Shown piece after piece: positions 23,367-26,577 of a stretch of 26,577 bases of DNA. Made by a program: the position numbers and the translations under genes. Within the stretch, counting starts at the first letter, position 1. Every line of letters begins with the position of its first letter. The stretch is from Albugo candida (taxonomy: Eukaryota). Under the pieces are notes generated by a model. That model was not told where the DNA came from. It made no database searches and worked only from the letters and a program-made list of their open reading frames with translations. Where the stretch lies: positions 496,001-522,577 of the forward strand of contig JBDOQK010000018.1 of NCBI GenBank assembly GCA_040437565.1, in the 5' to 3' direction.

Positions 23367-24883
23367 ATGGCGGATGAAAATGATGTGCTTAACGAAGAAA
23401 ACTACTTCGTATGAGCATTTAACGCACGTATATGAGGCTCGCCAAGAAGGGCCTGCTTGAACACATCGACGCGCCGAAGGCGCCGAGTGGAGGAGACGCA
23501 AGCGTGTCACAATGGAAAGTCAATGACATGAAGGCCTTCGCAAAGGTTTGTACTATGCTAAACCCAAACTTCCAGTCCATGGTCCGGAACGCAGGAACGA
23601 CAGCAGAAGCATGGTAGATCCTGAAGAGCTTCTTATTCCGTAGAGGCATTCACAATCGGGTACAGATGTGTCGGCAGCTCCACGAGTTCAGAATGCAGGA
23701 GGGAGAAAATGTGATGGAGCATTTTCTCAAGTTTGATGGGTTGTGCATGATAATGCAAGCCATCGGTGATGAAATTTTGCACCATGAGCTGCTCGGGATT
23801 TTGCTTGGAAGTTTGTCGAATGAATACGACCACATCATAAAGATCGTAGAAAACATACAAGACATCGACCTGTTTCGAGCCAAGGAGATGCTTCGTCGTG
23901 AATACGAAGGCATTGCTCGAAAGGAAAAAAGTGAACTCGCTTTGAAGGCAAAAAGAAACTTTAAGAGCAGTAGTGATCGGTCGAAGGAATCAAGAAACAA
24001 GTTCTCGGGAAAATTCTTTGTTTGCAACAAGTATGGACACAAGAAACAAGATTGCTGGAAGAACCTAGACAAGAAGAAGAAGAATACCGAACAGGCGTTT
24101 ACAGTTGGTGAAGATGGTTCGGATGGTTGGTTACCCGGCAGTGGTGCGAGTAGTCACATGTGCGCATTTCGAAATGAGTTTGTGGAGATTCGCTCTTTGG
24201 ACAAGTCGGTTAGAATTTCAGCTGCGAATGGAGAGTCAGTGACTGCTGATGGAATTGGAACAATCCGTGTTGTGCTTCAGAACAAGAAGCCAATTCTTAT
24301 TGAAGATTTCTTATGCGTACCAAAGCTGGATCGTACACTCCTTTCAATTACTGCATTGTCTACAAAAAGTTTGCATGTGACCTTCAGCAACAAGACATGT
24401 ATGATGAAGAGGGGTGACTCAAGTGGCCCAAAAGGGAAAGTTGTTTGTGCTGGAATGCGATACTTTGGAATCAGCAAGCATGAGTGAAGAGGTCGGAAAT
24501 GGAGCTCAACCAATAATTCAAAATATATGACATGCACGATTGGGACATTTACCGATCAAGGCCACAAGAACCTTCAAAAAGTCGGTCGAGGGATTCAAGA
24601 TAAAAGGTCCGCCCTCTGTCGATGATGAAAACGATGATATCTGTGAAAAATTGTTGACTGGGAAGTCGACGGTCAAACTGTTTCCGAAAGCAAGCTACGG
24701 TGAATTAAAGACCACATCACTGCTTCAGATAGTTCACAGTGATGTAATGAGTCCAATGGAGACCAAGCCACAGGGTGGAGCAAGAGTGGTAACGTTTATG
24801 GATGACTATTCGCGATATGTGGTCGTTTATTTCATAGTACACAAGTCAGATGTGCTGGAAAATTTATTGAGTACAAGTCGATG
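23367..24883 (+). mobile_element. Ty1/Copia gag-protease-integrase, decayed; truncated by gap
   Basis: MADENDVLNEENYFV*, UBN2-like gag (ILLGSLSNEYDHI), Zn knuckle FFVCNKYGHKKQDC (first Cys lost), protease WLPGSGASSHM (catalytic D lost), *HARLGH, integrase IVHSDVMSPM and TFMDDYSRY. Several stops and frameshifts. Confidence 0.95.
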
Positions 24884-24983
24884 NNNNNNNNNNNNNNNNN
24901 NNNNNNNNNNNNNNNNNNNNNNNNNNNNNNNNNNNNNNNNNNNNNNNNNNNNNNNNNNNNNNNNNNNNNNNNNNNNNNNNNNN

Positions 24984-25330
24984 CCGAAGACATCGAGGTA
25001 GTATTTTGTTTCAAGAGTATCAAAATCTCGATAAAAAATACTTTTCCCCAAGGGTCCTCACCGGCAGACACTCCAAATGCTGGCAGGCATCCTCCGTGAT
25101 GACCATCACCATGATGTCGCCCCCTGGCATTTTGGACACTTGAGCGATTGACCGGCTCTCAAGTAAACTTCCAAAGACCGAATTACCGTGGTCTCGCATA
25201 AGTGAGGTCAGAATTTTCTCATTTGGAGTACGGGTCAAAGACTGGCCCGTTTCCAAGACCATGGGGAAGGAAGTTGTTTTGTGCGAAATTGGTGGGCTAC
25301 GTAGTAGCCGGTGAATTGAGAAGTGACTGA
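24984..25330 (-). mobile_element. LINE ORF1-like fragment joined to the second Copia gag
   Basis: HRLLRSPPISHKTTSFPMVLETGQSL...IAQVSKMPGGDIMVMVITEDACQHL...TLGEKYF / FDTLETKYYLDVF resembles oomycete non-LTR ORF1 N-termini (recall) and is homologous to 19113-19170. Confidence 0.55.
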
Positions 25331-26114
25331 TCATATTCATCCGATAGACGTCCCAGAAATATTACCAACTTTTCGTCCTCATTTATACCATCACCCAATG
25401 CCTCCATTAGATAGGCATTAATCATTAAAGTTTAAAAAATGGTGCATTATATTTCCATTTTTGACAAGCTTAAACTGGTGTATTCCTTTCTCTTTTGTAC
25501 ACGATTATGGATATTTCTTCTCAGATGAAAGCTTTGCAGTACTTCCACACTTCGGAGGCTGTACGAGCATTCCTGATCAATGATTGAAAACTTATACCGA
25601 TTGACATCGATATTATNNNNNNNNNNNNNNNNNNNNNNNNNNNNNNNNNNNNNNNNNNNNNNNNNNNNNNNNNNNNNNNNNNNNNNNNNNNNNNNNNNNN
25701 NNNNNNNNNNNNNNNNAAGTTTAAAAAATGGTGCATTATATTTCCATTTTTGACAAGCTTAAACTGGTGTATTCCTTTCTCTTTTGTACACGATTATGGA
25801 TATTTCTTCTCAGATGAAAGCTTTGCAGTACTTCCACAATTCGGAGGCTGTACGAGCATTCCTGATCAATGATTGAAAACTTATACCGATTGACATCGAT
25901 ATTATGGCGAATGCCTTCAAGTCATTGACTCTCCATGTTTCAGGGACTTGATTTTCAGCAATTGTTACTTTAGTTGCGTCAATGTGGTCCAACAGACCTT
26001 TCTTCATCAGCTTGAGACGAGTATTAAATTCCCAAACGAAATAGTTATTTTCATTGAGTATCGCTGTTGGATTGTTCATTATTTGAAGACTGGAGTGAAC
26101 GTGGGCTCATAACC
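25331..26114 (-). mobile_element. Second Copia element: PBS (26103-26114) and decayed gag
   Basis: ACAACA|GGTTATGAGCCC, then MNNPTAILNENNYFVWEFNTRLKLMKKGLLDHID...WRVNDLKAF...RRNIHNRVQ...MHHFLNF...LVIFLGRLSDEYDQ. It is a paralogue of the gag at 23367 and is frameshifted. Confidence 0.9.
25428..25905. repeat. Gap-flanking duplication: 25428-25616 = 25717-25905 with one mismatch
   Basis: 189-bp repeat around N gap 25617-25716; C25550 vs A25839. Confidence 0.92.
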
Positions 26115-26230
26115 TGTTGTTGTTCTAGTTGAAAAAATGGGAAGTGAATATATTAGGGTCCTTAGTTTTTGTTACCATTCTAAGCCCTAGCCTTTACGCA
26201 TCGTCTTATAAGCTCCCCTGTATCAATCTT
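26115..26230 (-). mobile_element. 5' LTR of the second Copia (3' end certain, 5' end not defined)
   Basis: Ends ...AACAACAACA immediately before the PBS on the minus strand; the sequence differs from the 135-bp LTR pair. Confidence 0.5.
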
Positions 26231-26577
26231 GATTGGCGGAATATGATGCACTATCATTACATTGTTTCTTGACCTCGAATATCAGCATGCGATAGGCGGA
26301 ACCCTTTTACGATCCTATGATTGGCTGGTGCCATTGCCACACTATTTGAAATCAAGCGTACTAGCTATATCGATGCCGAAAATAAGCAAACAAAGATGAG
26401 CTAGTACGTTAAGAAGTTGTGCAATACGAAGAAGCTCTAAATTTGTCCCACATTACGAACGGACGAATTCTTAGATAATACCAATTTCCAATCAAAAAGA
26501 AAGTCCAGCTCGTCTGGTAATTTAGTCATATAACGCGAGTATTTTGTCACGATGGCTTCAGCTTTCCAATTCTAAAC

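Noticed and set aside
60..25905. Direct repeats of 100-480 bp as biological tandem duplications or a repeat-spacer array
   Set aside because: Each pair straddles an exactly 100-N gap, and collapsing them restores reading frames; they are unmerged contig overlaps.

Overview
Eukaryotic, roughly 40% GC scaffold window; the short GT-AG introns, flagellar gene and transposon types suggest an oomycete, possibly Albugo-like (inference). It contains 13 placeholder gaps of exactly 100 N. At 8 of them, 103-477 bp is duplicated on both sides, and a ninth has a 13-bp overlap; these are unmerged contig overlaps that split ORFs artificially. Bases 1-5660 (+) are one 5'-truncated, apparently intronless WD40/coiled-coil gene resembling CFAP43/WDR96 (about 1538 aa after collapsing gap artefacts). 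The rest is gene-sparse and decayed. It holds an ankyrin+FYVE pseudogene, a two-intron acid-sphingomyelinase-like metallophosphoesterase with two 1-bp frameshifts, a Tc1/mariner-like transposase remnant, LINE fragments, a possible tRNA-derived SINE head and two Copia LTR elements. The strongest structural result is that the two halves of one Copia element (135-bp LTRs, matching CTATC target-site duplication) lie on opposite strands. Flipping 19479-24883 restores both that Copia and a LINE, implying an inversion or a mis-oriented scaffold block. I found no convincing novel biological system.
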